Shown: positions 28,631-39,502, counted from the first letter of the stretch. The stretch is DNA of 64,000 nucleotides from an uncultured Eubacteriales bacterium (GCA_902475855.1 CABSBF010000005.1:1741-65740), one strand, 5' to 3'. Numbers and translations: made by a program. Notes: generated from the letters alone by a model not told the origin.

Positions 28631-28734
28631 GATCGAAAAAGGGCAGCGCCAATGTCAATGTAAAGACATGGAAAGTTTTGCTTGCGCGATGCGCCGGTTC
28701 TGCGGTATAATGGCCAAAAGAGGGAGGGACTACA

Positions 28735-29322
28735 ATGAAGAAGATTCTTGTGACCGGTTTTGACCCCTTCGGCGGCGAAACAATCAATCCGGCGTGGGAA
28801 GCGGTGCAGCGGCTTCCCGACCGCATCGGCGAAACGGAGATTTCTGTGTTGCAGGTTCCGACGGTGTTTGCTGCGGCAGCGCAGGCCGTGCTGAAGTGTG
28901 TGCAAAACGAAATACCGGATGCGATCGTCTGTGTCGGACAGGCGGGTGGCCGCGCAGCCGTTACGCCGGAAATGGTGGCAATCAATTTACAGTATGCCGC
29001 CATTGCCGACAATGCGGGGAATCTGCCGCACGATCTGCCGATTGTTCCGGGGGGACCTGCGGCCTATTTCTCAACGCTTCCTGTGCGAAAAATGGCAGAG
29101 GCAATTCAAAATGCAGGGCTGCCGGGCGCGGTTTCCTACAGCGCGGGCAGCTACGTGTGCAACGACCTGCTCTACCGCCTGCTGCACCATTTTGACGGTA
29201 CGCCCACGCGCGTGGGCTTTCTTCACGTGCCCTATCTGCCGGAGCAGGCCAGAAACGGCGCCCCGGCGATGGAGATTTCGGATATGATCCGCGCTCTGGC
29301 CGCGGCGATGAAGGAAATATAA
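28735..29322 (+). CDS. pcp: Pyroglutamyl-peptidase I
   Basis: ILVTGFDPFGGETINPAW, GQAGGR, SAGSYVCN, GFLHVPY. Confidence 0.95.
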   Translation: MKKILVTGFDPFGGETINPAWEAVQRLPDRIGETEISVLQVPTVFAAAAQAVLKCVQNEIPDAIVCVGQAGGRAAVTPEMVAINLQYAAIADNAGNLPHDLPIVPGGPAAYFSTLPVRKMAEAIQNAGLPGAVSYSAGSYVCNDLLYRLLHHFDGTPTRVGFLHVPYLPEQARNGAPAMEISDMIRALAAAMKEI

Positions 29323-29326
29323 ATGG

Positions 29327-29358
29327 AAGCTGCGGCTGAAAACCAGCCGCAGCTTTTT
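29327..29358. terminator. Bidirectional terminator
   Basis: AAGCTGCGGCTG...CAGCCGCAGCTTTTT. Confidence 0.8.
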
Positions 29359-29369
29359 CTAACATATTC

Positions 29370-30245
29370 TTATTTGTTCTCTTCGTCCTTCTTCGCTTTT
29401 CTGCGTTTTTTGGCCGGACGGATTACAGTGAAATATAGGATGGGAAAAGAAATGATCGCGACAACTGCCAAATAGGGCAGGGCGGAAACAACCACGACGA
29501 ACAGCCCACGGAAGAATTTGGCGAGCCAGCGGCAGGCATTCTTCAGATTCCGGCCGATCTGCGCCCAGACGGTGGGGGAAGCGTCGATAGCCTCTGCGTG
29601 CTCCACTTCGCTGATGTAGAGAGAAATGGTGGCGTAGTCGATCAGATTGTCAAAGGTGCGCAGCCGGGAGGTATAACTCTCCAGCTCATACTGCACCTGT
29701 GTGATCCTGTCCTGAATGGTGATGACATCCTCCATGCTTTCGGCCTGCTCCAGCAGACGCAGCAGGGTGTCACGCTCGGTATTCAGTGCGGTAATGTGTG
29801 CCTGAATGTCCACATAGTCCAGCGTTACGTCTTCCTGTGAGCTGCTTCGCCGGGTCACAACGCCCGCAGCGGTAACCTCTGCGGTGAAATCATCCAGACG
29901 GTTTGCCGGAATGCGGAGGGTGTAGCTTGCAGAGCGGCGAGAGAAACCGGAAATCTCCGACGATTCTATATAGCCGCCGTATTCAGCAACGCAGCGGTTG
30001 ACTTCAGTGGAGAGCGCGTCGAAATCCTCCGTTTCCATGCTGAGTGTCAGAGTTTTGATGAGCTTTCGCCCGTCAGAAAGGGCAGGGGTTCTGTCAGAAA
30101 AATTGAAACTTCCTGTGGAGGTGCCGGTGTTGTAGATTTCGTTCATTGCCGGAGCATCTTTGGCGGCATCAAAAGGCGCCATGGCCGCGCAGCCGCCGAG
30201 CAGAAGCGCTGCTGCAAGCAGCAAACAGATCAGTCCTCGTTTCAT
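29370..30245 (-). CDS. DUF4349-type lipoprotein with C-terminal TM helix
   Basis: Lipobox LLGGC, RKLIKT, GGYIESS, LRIP, DVTLDYVD, coiled coil, IDYATI. Confidence 0.8.
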   Translation of the reverse strand: MKRGLICLLLAAALLLGGCAAMAPFDAAKDAPAMNEIYNTGTSTGSFNFSDRTPALSDGRKLIKTLTLSMETEDFDALSTEVNRCVAEYGGYIESSEISGFSRRSASYTLRIPANRLDDFTAEVTAAGVVTRRSSSQEDVTLDYVDIQAHITALNTERDTLLRLLEQAESMEDVITIQDRITQVQYELESYTSRLRTFDNLIDYATISLYISEVEHAEAIDASPTVWAQIGRNLKNACRWLAKFFRGLFVVVVSALPYLAVVAIISFPILYFTVIRPAKKRRKAKKDEENK

Positions 30246-30282
30246 GATAAGTTCCTCCCTCTGTGTTGGTTTCTGTTATTTG

Positions 30283-30308
30283 GACGGATTAAGAGCACAA
30301 AGAGTTCC
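30283..30308 (-). promoter_or_regulatory. ECF-sigma-type promoter of the DUF4349 gene
   Basis: Minus strand GGAACT-N16-CGTC. Confidence 0.5.
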
Positions 30309-30376
30309 ACAATGACGTTAAACCTCTGGAAATCCCTATATTCTGCCGGGAAATAGGGAGAATCGCGAAGAAAAGA

Positions 30377-30414
30377 GAACGGAACCGGGCGGCATAGCCG
30401 TTCCGGTTCCGTTC
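30377..30414 (-). terminator. Terminator after potD
   Basis: GAACGGAACCGG...CCGGTTCCGTTC hairpin followed by T-rich tract on the minus strand. Confidence 0.75.
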
Positions 30415-30444
30415 ATGAATGACGGTCAAATATTTGTCAGATAA

Positions 30445-31644
30445 TCAGGCTTGCTTCCATTTGCGGCAGCGGCGGGCCTTTTCGCGGCGCTTGCGCACCT
30501 TGAAAAACAGCCACAGCAGGATAACGACCACGACGGCTGCGCCCGTGAGAATCAGGTAGCGCAGTGTGGAGTTATCCTCAGTCTTGACGGTCAGCCAGAG
30601 GTTGTTCATATCCTGCGTGCCTTCCAGAGAGAGTGCGCTGAACACCTTGCCGCGTGCGAGGGTTTCCGCATCCGGGTAGGCGATGGGATTGTCCGCCATC
30701 TCCGGATCCATATACTCCTTCGCGGCGGTCAGCGGAGCGGAGTAGCCCAGGTATTCCAAGTTCTGCCCGCAGATCTCCGGCTCCAGCAGAAAATTGATGA
30801 AGGTCTCCGCCTCGGCCTTGTGCTCCGCGCCCTTGGGAATGCAAATCGCATCGACAAAGAAGTTGAAGCCCTCCTCCGGGAAAACGAATTCCAGATCGGG
30901 ATTTTCATCGGCCATAGTGAGATAGTCGCCCGCATAGTAGGGGGCAATCCACGCCTCGGCACGCTCCATCTTGCTGAAGATCTGGTCCATGACATAGCCC
31001 TGAAAGAGGTTTTTTGCTTCCTTGAGCTTTTGAGCGGCGGCGGCAAGCGTTTCATGATCCTCTGCGTTGACGTCGTCGCCGAGCTCCAGCTCCGAAATCG
31101 CAAAGGCATCGCGCGGATTGTCGAACATCAGAATTTTACCCGCGTAGGTACTGTTCCAGAAGATTTCCCAGCCGGTGACGTCCTCTGCGTTGACGTAGCG
31201 AGAATTATAGATGATACCGACGCAGCCCCAGGTATAGGGAACGGAGTAGAGGTTTTCCGGATCATAGGAGAGATTGCGGAAGGCTTCGTCCACATACTGA
31301 AAGTTCGGGATGTTCTCAAAATCCAGCGGCTCCAGCATATCCTCGGCAATGAGCTTTTCGATCATATAGTCCGAGGGAATGATAACGTCATAGGACGAGC
31401 CGCCGGTTTTGAGCTTGGTGTACATACTCTCGTTGCTGTCGAAGGTCATGTAGTTGACCTTGATGTTGGGATAGGCCTTTTCAAACTCCGCAATGACGTC
31501 AATGCTGCCGTCGGTGCCGTCGGAGATATACTGCCCCCAGTTGTAGACGTTGATGGTGACCTGCTTTTCCGCGGCAGAGGCGGTCATGCTTAATACGCCT
31601 GCAAGCAGGCAGACGATGAGCAGAAGAGAAAGCATCTTTTTCAT
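30445..31644 (-). CDS. potD: Spermidine/putrescine-binding protein with C-terminal TM anchor
   Basis: VYNWGQYI, FDSNESMY, YDVIIPSDYMI, VPYTWG, YYAGD, FFVDAICIPK. Confidence 0.92.
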   Translation of the reverse strand: MKKMLSLLLIVCLLAGVLSMTASAAEKQVTINVYNWGQYISDGTDGSIDVIAEFEKAYPNIKVNYMTFDSNESMYTKLKTGGSSYDVIIPSDYMIEKLIAEDMLEPLDFENIPNFQYVDEAFRNLSYDPENLYSVPYTWGCVGIIYNSRYVNAEDVTGWEIFWNSTYAGKILMFDNPRDAFAISELELGDDVNAEDHETLAAAAQKLKEAKNLFQGYVMDQIFSKMERAEAWIAPYYAGDYLTMADENPDLEFVFPEEGFNFFVDAICIPKGAEHKAEAETFINFLLEPEICGQNLEYLGYSAPLTAAKEYMDPEMADNPIAYPDAETLARGKVFSALSLEGTQDMNNLWLTVKTEDNSTLRYLILTGAAVVVVILLWLFFKVRKRREKARRCRKWKQA

Positions 31645-32465
31645 CCTGCACGCCTCCTGTTCAGACGGGAGTGCTGACGCTTGCTCTTGTCTCGCGCCTG
31701 TAAAAGGTTCATGACGGACATCATGATGAGAATCACAACGAACATCAGCGTAAAGAGCGCGTAAATCTTCGGCTGGATGGGCTTTTTGGTGTAGTTGTAG
31801 ATCTCCACCGGCAGGGTGACAAAGCTCGAACCAGTGACGAAGTAAGAGATGACGAAGTCATCCAGCGACATGGTGAAGGCCATCAGCGCGCCGGATACGA
31901 TGCCGGGCATGATCTCGTGCAGCACAACCTTGAAGAAGGCCTGTATGGGCGTGCAGCCGAGGTCGAGTGCGGCTTCCGTCAGATCAGGATCCATCTGCGA
32001 GAGCTTTGGCATCACGTTCAGGATGATATACGGTAGATTGAAGGTGATGTGAGCAATCAGCAGCGTCCAGAAGCCGAGAATGGACTTGATACGCAGAATG
32101 CTGCCCGCGAAGGCAAACAGCAGCGCCAGAGAAACACCGGTGACGATCTCCGGATTGGTCATGGGGATGTTTGTCATCGTCATGACCGCAGAACGCATCT
32201 TGCCGCGCATTTTGTGGATGCCGAGCACGGCGACCGTGCCGAGAACCGTTGCAATCAGGCTGGACAGTACCGCGATGAACAGGGAATTGCGCAGCAGCGT
32301 CAACAGCGTCCCGTCGCGGAACAGCTCAGCATACTGGTTAAAGGTGAAGCCCTTGAATACCGCCACGTCCGTGCCCTTATTAAAGGAGGCGACGGCCAGC
32401 ACGATCATGGGAATATACAGGAAAACAAAGATGATGACAGTGAAGATCCGGTTAAATCGTTTCAT
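31641..32465 (-). CDS. potC: Polyamine ABC permease
   Basis: FLYIP, PEIVTGVSL, AHITFNLPY, EAALDLGC, FTMSLDDF. Confidence 0.93.
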   Translation of the reverse strand: MKRFNRIFTVIIFVFLYIPMIVLAVASFNKGTDVAVFKGFTFNQYAELFRDGTLLTLLRNSLFIAVLSSLIATVLGTVAVLGIHKMRGKMRSAVMTMTNIPMTNPEIVTGVSLALLFAFAGSILRIKSILGFWTLLIAHITFNLPYIILNVMPKLSQMDPDLTEAALDLGCTPIQAFFKVVLHEIMPGIVSGALMAFTMSLDDFVISYFVTGSSFVTLPVEIYNYTKKPIQPKIYALFTLMFVVILIMMSVMNLLQARDKSKRQHSRLNRRRAG

Positions 32466-33280
32466 AGCGTCACCATGCTTTCTTCGTCATCCTCGCTGGT
32501 GAAGCGGTTCATAATGCCCACGCAGACGAAAATCAGGATCATCAGGACGAGCGACATGGCCGCGCCGAGATTCGGATTATAGGCGGCCTTGAACTGCGAC
32601 TCGATGACGTCGCCGATGAGAATGGTGCCGGGGGAGCCGAGCTTCTGAGAAATATAGAAGGTCGAAACCGCCGGAACGAACACCATCGTGATACCGGACA
32701 CAATACCGGGCAGAGAGAGCGGCAGGATGACCTTGCTGAAAACCTGACGGTTGTTGCAGCCAAGATCCTGCGCCGCCTCAACCAGGCGGTTGTCGATCTT
32801 CATGATGACGGTGTACAGCGGCAGGATCATATAAGGCAGGTAGTTATAGACCATGCCAAGAATGACGGCGCCGTTGTTGCGGATGAGCGGCAGGGGAGAA
32901 AGCCCCAGAGAGGTGATGAAATTATTGATGATGCCGGTGTCCTCCAGCAGAGCAACCCACGCGAGGGTGCGCAGCAGGAAGCTCATGCACATCGGCAGCA
33001 TGATGAGCATTTGCAGGAAGCGCTGCGTGGAGGGCTTGCAGCCCGCAATGAAGTAGGCAACCGGATAGCCCAGCAGCAGGCAGATCAGCGTGGCAAAGAC
33101 GCTCAGCCAGATCGAACGCAGAAAAATCGGGAGATAATCCAGCATTCCGGAGAGGTTGGAGAGCGTGAACTGCCCCGTGATGGAATCCGTGAAGGCGTAG
33201 TAGACAACGACGCCCAGCGGGATCAGGGTGAACAGAATCATCCACAGAACATAGGGACCGGACAGAAATCTACTCTTCAT
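32462..33280 (-). CDS. potB: Polyamine ABC permease
   Basis: [35 protein letters not shown]. Confidence 0.93.
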   Translation of the reverse strand: MKSRFLSGPYVLWMILFTLIPLGVVVYYAFTDSITGQFTLSNLSGMLDYLPIFLRSIWLSVFATLICLLLGYPVAYFIAGCKPSTQRFLQMLIMLPMCMSFLLRTLAWVALLEDTGIINNFITSLGLSPLPLIRNNGAVILGMVYNYLPYMILPLYTVIMKIDNRLVEAAQDLGCNNRQVFSKVILPLSLPGIVSGITMVFVPAVSTFYISQKLGSPGTILIGDVIESQFKAAYNPNLGAAMSLVLMILIFVCVGIMNRFTSEDDEESMVTL

Positions 33281-34394
33281 CTTCCGAGCCCTCCGCGTCC
33301 GCGATCTCGTCATATTCCGCGGAATAGGAGCTGTAGTCACCGAACATACCGGAATACTCGCTCTTGTGCATGATGTGAATGTCTTCGGGGTTCAGGCGGA
33401 TGCCGATATAGGAGCCCTCCGGGCAATAATCCGTTGTCTGGATAAGCCACTTGAAGCCCTTGAAGTCGACAATGGTATCATAGTGGACGCCTTTGAAGGT
33501 GACGGAGGTCACGGTGCCGCAGAGATGTCCCACGTCCGCCGGGACGATGTCGATGTCCTCCGGACGGATGACCACGTCCACCGGCTCATTCTTTTCAAAG
33601 CCCTTGTCCACGCATTTGAAGCTGCGGCCAAAGAATTTGACAAGATAGTCCTCGACCATAACACCGTCGAGAATGTTGGATTCTCCGATGAAATCTGCAA
33701 CAAAGGCATTTTTCGGTTCGTTGTATATATCCTCCGGCCGGCCGATCTGCTGAATTTTGCCTCTGTCCATGACAACGATGGTATCGGACATGGTCAGAGC
33801 CTCTTCCTGATCGTGCGTCACGTAGATAAACGTGATGCCCATGGCCTGCTGGATGCGCTTGAGTTCGTTCTGCATATCCTTACGCAGACGCAGATCGAGC
33901 GCGCCCAGCGGTTCATCCAGAAGCAGCACCTTCGGTCGGTTGACCAGTGCGCGGGCGATGGCCACACGCTGCTGCTGGCCGCCGGAAAGGGATGTGACCT
34001 TGCGGTTTTCGAATCCCTTCAGCGAAACGATCTCCAGCATTTCCGTCACGCGTTCGTCGATCTCCTCCTCCGGCAGCTTTGCAATGCGCAGACCGAAGGC
34101 GATGTTGTCATAAACGTCGAGATGCGGGAACAGGGCGTAGCGCTGGAAAACCGTGTTGATCTTACGTTGGTAGGCAGGCACCTCATTGATGCGTTTGCCG
34201 TCGAACAGAACATCGCCGGATGTCGGCGTCAGAAAGCCTCCGATGACACGAAGCGTGGTGGTCTTGCCGCAGCCGCTGGGGCCCAGCAAGGTGAGAAACT
34301 CTCGGTCATTGATGTAAAGATTGATCGAATCGAGGATTCGCTCGCCGTCAAACTCCATCACGAGATTGGTCAAACGGATCAGCTCTTGGGACAT
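33270..34394 (-). CDS. potA: Polyamine ABC ATPase
   Basis: [46 protein letters not shown]. Confidence 0.95.
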   Translation of the reverse strand: MSQELIRLTNLVMEFDGERILDSINLYINDREFLTLLGPSGCGKTTTLRVIGGFLTPTSGDVLFDGKRINEVPAYQRKINTVFQRYALFPHLDVYDNIAFGLRIAKLPEEEIDERVTEMLEIVSLKGFENRKVTSLSGGQQQRVAIARALVNRPKVLLLDEPLGALDLRLRKDMQNELKRIQQAMGITFIYVTHDQEEALTMSDTIVVMDRGKIQQIGRPEDIYNEPKNAFVADFIGESNILDGVMVEDYLVKFFGRSFKCVDKGFEKNEPVDVVIRPEDIDIVPADVGHLCGTVTSVTFKGVHYDTIVDFKGFKWLIQTTDYCPEGSYIGIRLNPEDIHIMHKSEYSGMFGDYSSYSAEYDEIADAEGSEDEE

Positions 34395-34710
34395 TTATCC
34401 TCCCCCATTTCTATAAATTTTTGTGGCCGCTTTGACACAGCACACTATTGTACAATATATAGGTGTCGGCCCCAGTTGTCAATTGATTTTTCAAGAAAAA
34501 ATCGATTTTTTGCAGAAAAATGCCGAACGGCGAGCAAAAAGGGGAAGAGAAGCGGGCAGGGGGCGGGATGGGGCGGAAAGAAAGAGAGAGATTTCAGTTT
34601 TGGATAGTGACAAAATGGAAATCCGGCTCTGCAAAAGCGCAGCGATACCGTATAATAGAGTAGTAAAAATACGCCGATTTCCTGCGGCGGGAGTTATGAG
34701 GTGAGTGCCA

Positions 34711-36795
34711 ATGAGAAAGAGACAGAAAAGGTACGGCGCAGCACTGGCGCTTGTGCTGAGCGTGCTTTTGCTGCTGAGCGGATGCAGCCGGGATTTCCCG
34801 GAGCACTTCCTGCAAACCGAGGGAAGCGTGCAGCCGACGGAGAAGCAGTACAACGACACCGTGCAGCTTACGGAAAACGACATACAGCAGATGAGCGGCG
34901 GCAAGGCTCTGTTCACCTACATCGATCAGGGCTACGTCACGACGCTGGTCGGAAAATATTATGAGGGTAAGATTGAAACCTATGAGGATGCCGTTTCCTC
35001 CCTCAACGGCATTGCGTCGCTGATCGGTCTGTCTGCCGGTTCGGAATTTTTCTGCGTTTACGGGGAGACGGATCCGATGGGCTATACCTATTATACCTTT
35101 CAGCAGAAGTATGGCGGCCTGACGCTTCAGTATGCAACATTGAAGGTCGTCGTCGATCCGGAGGGCCATGCCGCGGGGCTGTCCTGCTCCTTCACACCCA
35201 ATGTGGGCATCGCGGAGGAGAAAACTTTCATCAGTGCGGCAGAGGCCGAGCGCATTGTTCGCCAGAGTTTCCCGGAGCCTGAATACCGTTATTATACGGA
35301 CTTCACGCAAAAGTCCGCCGTGACATACAACAACCGGACGGTGGAGTGCATGGTCGTCTATACCTCCAATCCGGAGCAGTCCGTGTCCTTTGATATGCCG
35401 TTTATCGAACACTTTGTGACCTATGCGGGCGAATATCTCACCTCCGTGCCGACCTCCTCTATCGGCTCCGAAATATCGGACGCCTATAAGACGGACGATT
35501 ACTTCAAGGGCCTTACACCCGCAACCTACACCGGCGCGGTCACGCTCTTCGACGGCAGTATCCGGCAGATCACCGTGCCCACGGCCTATAATGCGCAGGA
35601 TGGACAGTATTATCTGGCCGATCTGGAGCGGAAGATCATGGTTGCTGACTACGCCGCGTTCAACTTCCAGAACGGCCGGCTGGACTTTGTGACAACGCCG
35701 GACAATCAGGGATGGGATGGGAATTATCTCATTACTTATTATAATTATCTCCTGGCCTATGATTATTATGCGGATATGAACATCCGCTCCATCGACGGTT
35801 TTGAAACGCCGATCCTAATCACGGTCAATATGTGTGATGCCGAAGGAAATCCTGAAAACAACGCCTGCTTCTACGGCATCAACAACGGCTGGGCCTGCTT
35901 CGGCAGCAGCCAGGTCAACCGCTATGGTGAAGCACTGGACGTTGTGGCGCATGAGTTCACCCACGGTGTGACACGCAGCGCCATGCAGGGCACGAAGTAT
36001 GCCAATGAAACGGGCGCGATCAATGAGGCCTACAGCGACATTATGGGCAATATCATCGAGATGCGTGCGGGCGCGACCACCGACGGCGCGTGGCTGCTGG
36101 GCGAAATGTGCGGAGAGACGATGCGATCCATGAGCAATCCAAACGCCTATGCGCAGCCGGCCTTTGTCGGCGACGTATTCTACGGCGCCAATGTGCTGAA
36201 TCCGGGGCGGTACAATGACAACGGCAGCGTCCATACAAATAATTCTCTGCTGTCACACATTGCCTACGGACTGTACAAGAGCGGCATGTCGCTGGCGGAG
36301 GAGAGCAGACTGTGGTTCACCTCCATTGAGCTGATCACGCCGCTGTCGGACTACGACGACGTTTATGCGTGCCTCCTTTTCAGCGCGCGCATCAATGGGC
36401 TGGAGCAGTATGCCGACACGATCACGCGCCTGTTTACCGAAGCGGGTCTGCTGGGGGACCGCGAACAGACCGCCTATGCCGCGGCGCGTGCCGGCTGCGG
36501 CCGTGTGGAATTCAGCGTTTCCGATGCGCTTGCACAGGGATACGACTTTGTATCGGTCTATACGACCGGTCAGGATGGCTCCGGCGTATATCAGCTTTCC
36601 GTCTGTCCGGATGTAAACGCGAGAGTATCCTTCCTCCTCCCGGCCGGGCAGTATATGCTTGTCTACGCGCATGTGACGCAGGAGGGACTTGCCTACTATG
36701 GCTACCACCCCACAGGGTGGGCGTCCGGGACGGACGGCCTTGCCTATGTGCAGGTTACCGATGGACAGACGGTCTATCTCAATGACATCAGCTAA
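34711..36795 (+). CDS. M4 (thermolysin-family) zinc metalloprotease, lipoprotein
   Basis: Lipobox LLSGC, FTP/PepSY-like propeptide, NNACF, ALDVVAHEFTHGV, GAINEAYSDI, DNGSVHTNNS. Confidence 0.9.
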   Translation: MRKRQKRYGAALALVLSVLLLLSGCSRDFPEHFLQTEGSVQPTEKQYNDTVQLTENDIQQMSGGKALFTYIDQGYVTTLVGKYYEGKIETYEDAVSSLNGIASLIGLSAGSEFFCVYGETDPMGYTYYTFQQKYGGLTLQYATLKVVVDPEGHAAGLSCSFTPNVGIAEEKTFISAAEAERIVRQSFPEPEYRYYTDFTQKSAVTYNNRTVECMVVYTSNPEQSVSFDMPFIEHFVTYAGEYLTSVPTSSIGSEISDAYKTDDYFKGLTPATYTGAVTLFDGSIRQITVPTAYNAQDGQYYLADLERKIMVADYAAFNFQNGRLDFVTTPDNQGWDGNYLITYYNYLLAYDYYADMNIRSIDGFETPILITVNMCDAEGNPENNACFYGINNGWACFGSSQVNRYGEALDVVAHEFTHGVTRSAMQGTKYANETGAINEAYSDIMGNIIEMRAGATTDGAWLLGEMCGETMRSMSNPNAYAQPAFVGDVFYGANVLNPGRYNDNGSVHTNNSLLSHIAYGLYKSGMSLAEESRLWFTSIELITPLSDYDDVYACLLFSARINGLEQYADTITRLFTEAGLLGDREQTAYAAARAGCGRVEFSVSDALAQGYDFVSVYTTGQDGSGVYQLSVCPDVNARVSFLLPAGQYMLVYAHVTQEGLAYYGYHPTGWASGTDGLAYVQVTDGQTVYLNDIS

Positions 36796-36809
36796 AGGAG
36801 GCGGCTGCG

Positions 36810-38315
36810 ATGGAACAAAAACGAATCTGCTGCCTGGTGTTGGCAGTGCTGATGCTGGCGGCATCCCTGAGCGGCTGCGGCCGTGAATTCAAGACCAATA
36901 CCGTCCGGAAACCGGGAGAACTGCTTCCGGTTCCGACGGGAAGCCGGGCGGTTGCCAGCCCGGACGGTACATTTTCCTTCCTTGTACCCTCGTCTGCCAC
37001 GGTACAGTGGGATGAGGAGGGCGCCTACGTCTATACGGTCGCGCCGGGAGAGTTGCCGTATATTTTGGTATCTTTCACGAAGGAGGGAGACTATACGCCG
37101 GATTCCTATTTTTCAGGCTATGCGCGCATGGTCAAAAAGAACTATAAAGAGGCAAAGCTCGGCAAAGTCTCCCGGTCGCTGGTCGGGGAAAAGACCCTCT
37201 ATATGCTGCGCAGCGAGGTAAAGGGCGAGGGAACGACATATGTTATCGACCGCTATCTGGAAATCTATCCAAATTGCAGCGTGCAGTATACTGTCAAAAC
37301 AAACCACGCAGGGAGCGAAGATACCGCTTTTGCCGCGCTGGTCGAGAGCCTGTATCTCGGCGCGGAGATCTATGGTGAGCCGGAGAACACCGCACGCTAT
37401 GGCGATTTCCACTCCGTATCGAATGCATCCGTTGGCATTTCCATGTCTGTGCCGGACGGATTGGAGATGCAGGAAATCCCGATCGGCCTTTTTGCGCAGG
37501 ATGAGCAGATGCTGCTCTTCGCCTCCTACCAGAACACCGACGCGACGGGTGCTGCAATCTACGATGCAGATGATTTTCTGAATCGCATCGGCTCTGTGGA
37601 GGGCCTTTTGCAGGCGCAGCTCGGTGCGGATGGCGTGTCCATTCAGAACGGAACGGCAGAGCAGGTGGGCAACTATCAGGCCTATGTCTTTCCGCTTCAG
37701 ATCGCGATGGGAGGCTTTACGGGAATCGGCAAGCTCTATTTGATGAATGCGGCGGGAACCGGATGCTACATTCTCTATTATGCGGTGGCCGAGGGAAGTA
37801 CGCTGGAACAGCTTGCCGAGCAGTGCGTCAGCAGCTTTATGATTGATGCCGCGCCAAATTCTCCGCAGTTCCGGCAGTTTACCGACAGTCAGCAGAGCTT
37901 CTCCTTTCTCTATCGCGTGGATGCATCGGACAAAACCGCGCAGGATATGGGCGGCATGGCGGCAATCGAACTGTCGGAGAGCGAGTTCATACTGGTTACA
38001 CCGCTGTCGCAGAGCGCGGAAGGCGTTGCCTCCGCTTCGGAATATCTGAGCAAATATTTGCAGGAACTTCAGACGAGCAACCCGGAAATTACCTACACTG
38101 CGACCGGCCCAACTACGGAGACAGGCGGCCGCTATGCCTTTGAAACGCTCAGCATTTCCTATACCTATGAGGAAATGCCGCGCGTACTCACCTTGAGCGC
38201 CTGCGACGGTACCGGCGGGACGATCTGGGTGGTGCTCTGCACCGGAACGGACGCCTCCGCTTCCACACTGGAAACGCTGCGCGGAGATATTCTCTGGTCC
38301 TTCCGCGTGAACTGA
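36810..38315 (+). CDS. Hypothetical lipoprotein with three similar internal domains (PsbP/DUF1795-like)
   Basis: Lipobox LSGC, RBS AAGGAGG, repeated FSF(L/M)xP-type starts and SF/SL-type ends. Confidence 0.7.
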   Translation: MEQKRICCLVLAVLMLAASLSGCGREFKTNTVRKPGELLPVPTGSRAVASPDGTFSFLVPSSATVQWDEEGAYVYTVAPGELPYILVSFTKEGDYTPDSYFSGYARMVKKNYKEAKLGKVSRSLVGEKTLYMLRSEVKGEGTTYVIDRYLEIYPNCSVQYTVKTNHAGSEDTAFAALVESLYLGAEIYGEPENTARYGDFHSVSNASVGISMSVPDGLEMQEIPIGLFAQDEQMLLFASYQNTDATGAAIYDADDFLNRIGSVEGLLQAQLGADGVSIQNGTAEQVGNYQAYVFPLQIAMGGFTGIGKLYLMNAAGTGCYILYYAVAEGSTLEQLAEQCVSSFMIDAAPNSPQFRQFTDSQQSFSFLYRVDASDKTAQDMGGMAAIELSESEFILVTPLSQSAEGVASASEYLSKYLQELQTSNPEITYTATGPTTETGGRYAFETLSISYTYEEMPRVLTLSACDGTGGTIWVVLCTGTDASASTLETLRGDILWSFRVN

Positions 38316-38332
38316 AAAAGGGGGAAATATAC

Positions 38333-39271
38333 ATGAAAAAACGGATTGCCCTAACACTCGCCGCAGCACTTCTGCTTGGCTGCCTGACTGCCTGCGGAGG
38401 CGGTGAGATCGCGGAGCTCGGCAACGACAACCGGTTGAGCACGACAGATCCGCAAACGCCCTCCGGTTCTTCGGATGCGCCCACGGGAAGCGGCACGACG
38501 GAATCGCCCACGGAGTGCACCTCCGGTATTGTGTTGGAAACATACACCGGTGACGGTTTTTCTCTGCTTGTGCCGCAGGGATGGACGATCTCCATTGTCG
38601 GTGACGGTGTGACATTTGGCTTTTGGATGCAGGATCCGCAGGATGACACGCTGGCTGTGTTCCACTATGGCAAGCTGGAGCCCTTCCTCAAGTCGGAGGA
38701 AGCGCGCAAGTCGTGGAAATACTGGGGTCCGCGCACCGGGGACGGAACAGACTATTTCGGGCAGGCGCCGGTCTGCTTGGAAAAGACGGCCAAGGGACTG
38801 ATCGAGTGCATGGACGAATGCCTGGCTTTCCAGCAGTATCTCGGCCAGAGTCTGCTGTTTCCGCAGCTTTCCAACAAAACCGTCATAAGCTGTGAAAATT
38901 ACAGCGGCGCGCTTGCATCCGAAGGCGTGCCGGAAACGGTCGCGGTGGCGAGCTGCACCACGCCATCCGGCAGGGATGCCTATCTGACCATGACCGCCGC
39001 GATATTTGATCCAGGTTATCTGGATATTTTTGAAGAGGGAATTGATACATATTATATGACGGCATACGAGGTCAACGGCATAGTGATGCCGCAGACCTGT
39101 TCTGAGGACTGGGCCAAAGCGCTGGCCGCCTGTGCGGGAAGCCTGCAATTTACGGAGGAATTTGTCGCGCGCGCCATGCAGCAGAGCAATGAGCAACTGG
39201 CGGCCATCAGGCAGCGCTCTGCGGAAAATGAAGCGCTGATGGATGCGCTGATGCGGAAATGGGGCTATTGA
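38333..39271 (+). CDS. Hypothetical lipoprotein
   Basis: Lipobox LTAC, S/T/P-rich linker, FSLLVPQGW motif. Confidence 0.75.
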   Translation: MKKRIALTLAAALLLGCLTACGGGEIAELGNDNRLSTTDPQTPSGSSDAPTGSGTTESPTECTSGIVLETYTGDGFSLLVPQGWTISIVGDGVTFGFWMQDPQDDTLAVFHYGKLEPFLKSEEARKSWKYWGPRTGDGTDYFGQAPVCLEKTAKGLIECMDECLAFQQYLGQSLLFPQLSNKTVISCENYSGALASEGVPETVAVASCTTPSGRDAYLTMTAAIFDPGYLDIFEEGIDTYYMTAYEVNGIVMPQTCSEDWAKALAACAGSLQFTEEFVARAMQQSNEQLAAIRQRSAENEALMDALMRKWGY

Positions 39272-39288
39272 TCCGCAGATGCAGGCAC

Positions 39289-39322
39289 GGCGCAGCCGGA
39301 AGAGGCCTTCCGGCTGCGCCGC
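39289..39322 (+). terminator. Hairpin ending the protease-lipoprotein operon
   Basis: GGCGCAGCCGGAAG...CTTCCGGCTGCGCC, weak U-tract. Confidence 0.55.
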
Positions 39323-39378
39323 CAAGATTCTGGCACTTGACGTCAGGAACGATCAATGCTAAAATATATAACGCAAAT

Positions 39379-39465
39379 GCCGCCATGATGAAATCGGTAG
39401 ACATAGCAGACTTAAAATCTGCCGGTAGAAATACCGTGCCGGTTCGATTCCGGCTGGCGGCACCA
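39379..39465 (+). tRNA. tRNA-Leu (anticodon TAA)
   Basis: Acceptor stem GCCGCCA/TGGCGGC, anticodon arm GCAGA-CTTAAAA-TCTGC, long variable arm, GGTTCGATTCC, encoded CCA; TTGACG...TAAAAT promoter upstream. Confidence 0.96.
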
Positions 39466-39467
39466 AG

Positions 39468-39502
39468 GAAAGCCCTGTCTTGCTTTGCAAGACAGGGCTT
39501 TC
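39468..39502. terminator. Bidirectional terminator between the tRNA and the hdr-flx-frd operon
   Basis: AAAGCCCTGTCTTGC-TTT-GCAAGACAGGGCTTT. Confidence 0.8.

Noticed and set aside
39379..39500. tRNA-Leu as a possible island integration site
   Set aside because: No integrase or duplicated tRNA 3' end seen, and the flanking genes show no obvious compositional break.
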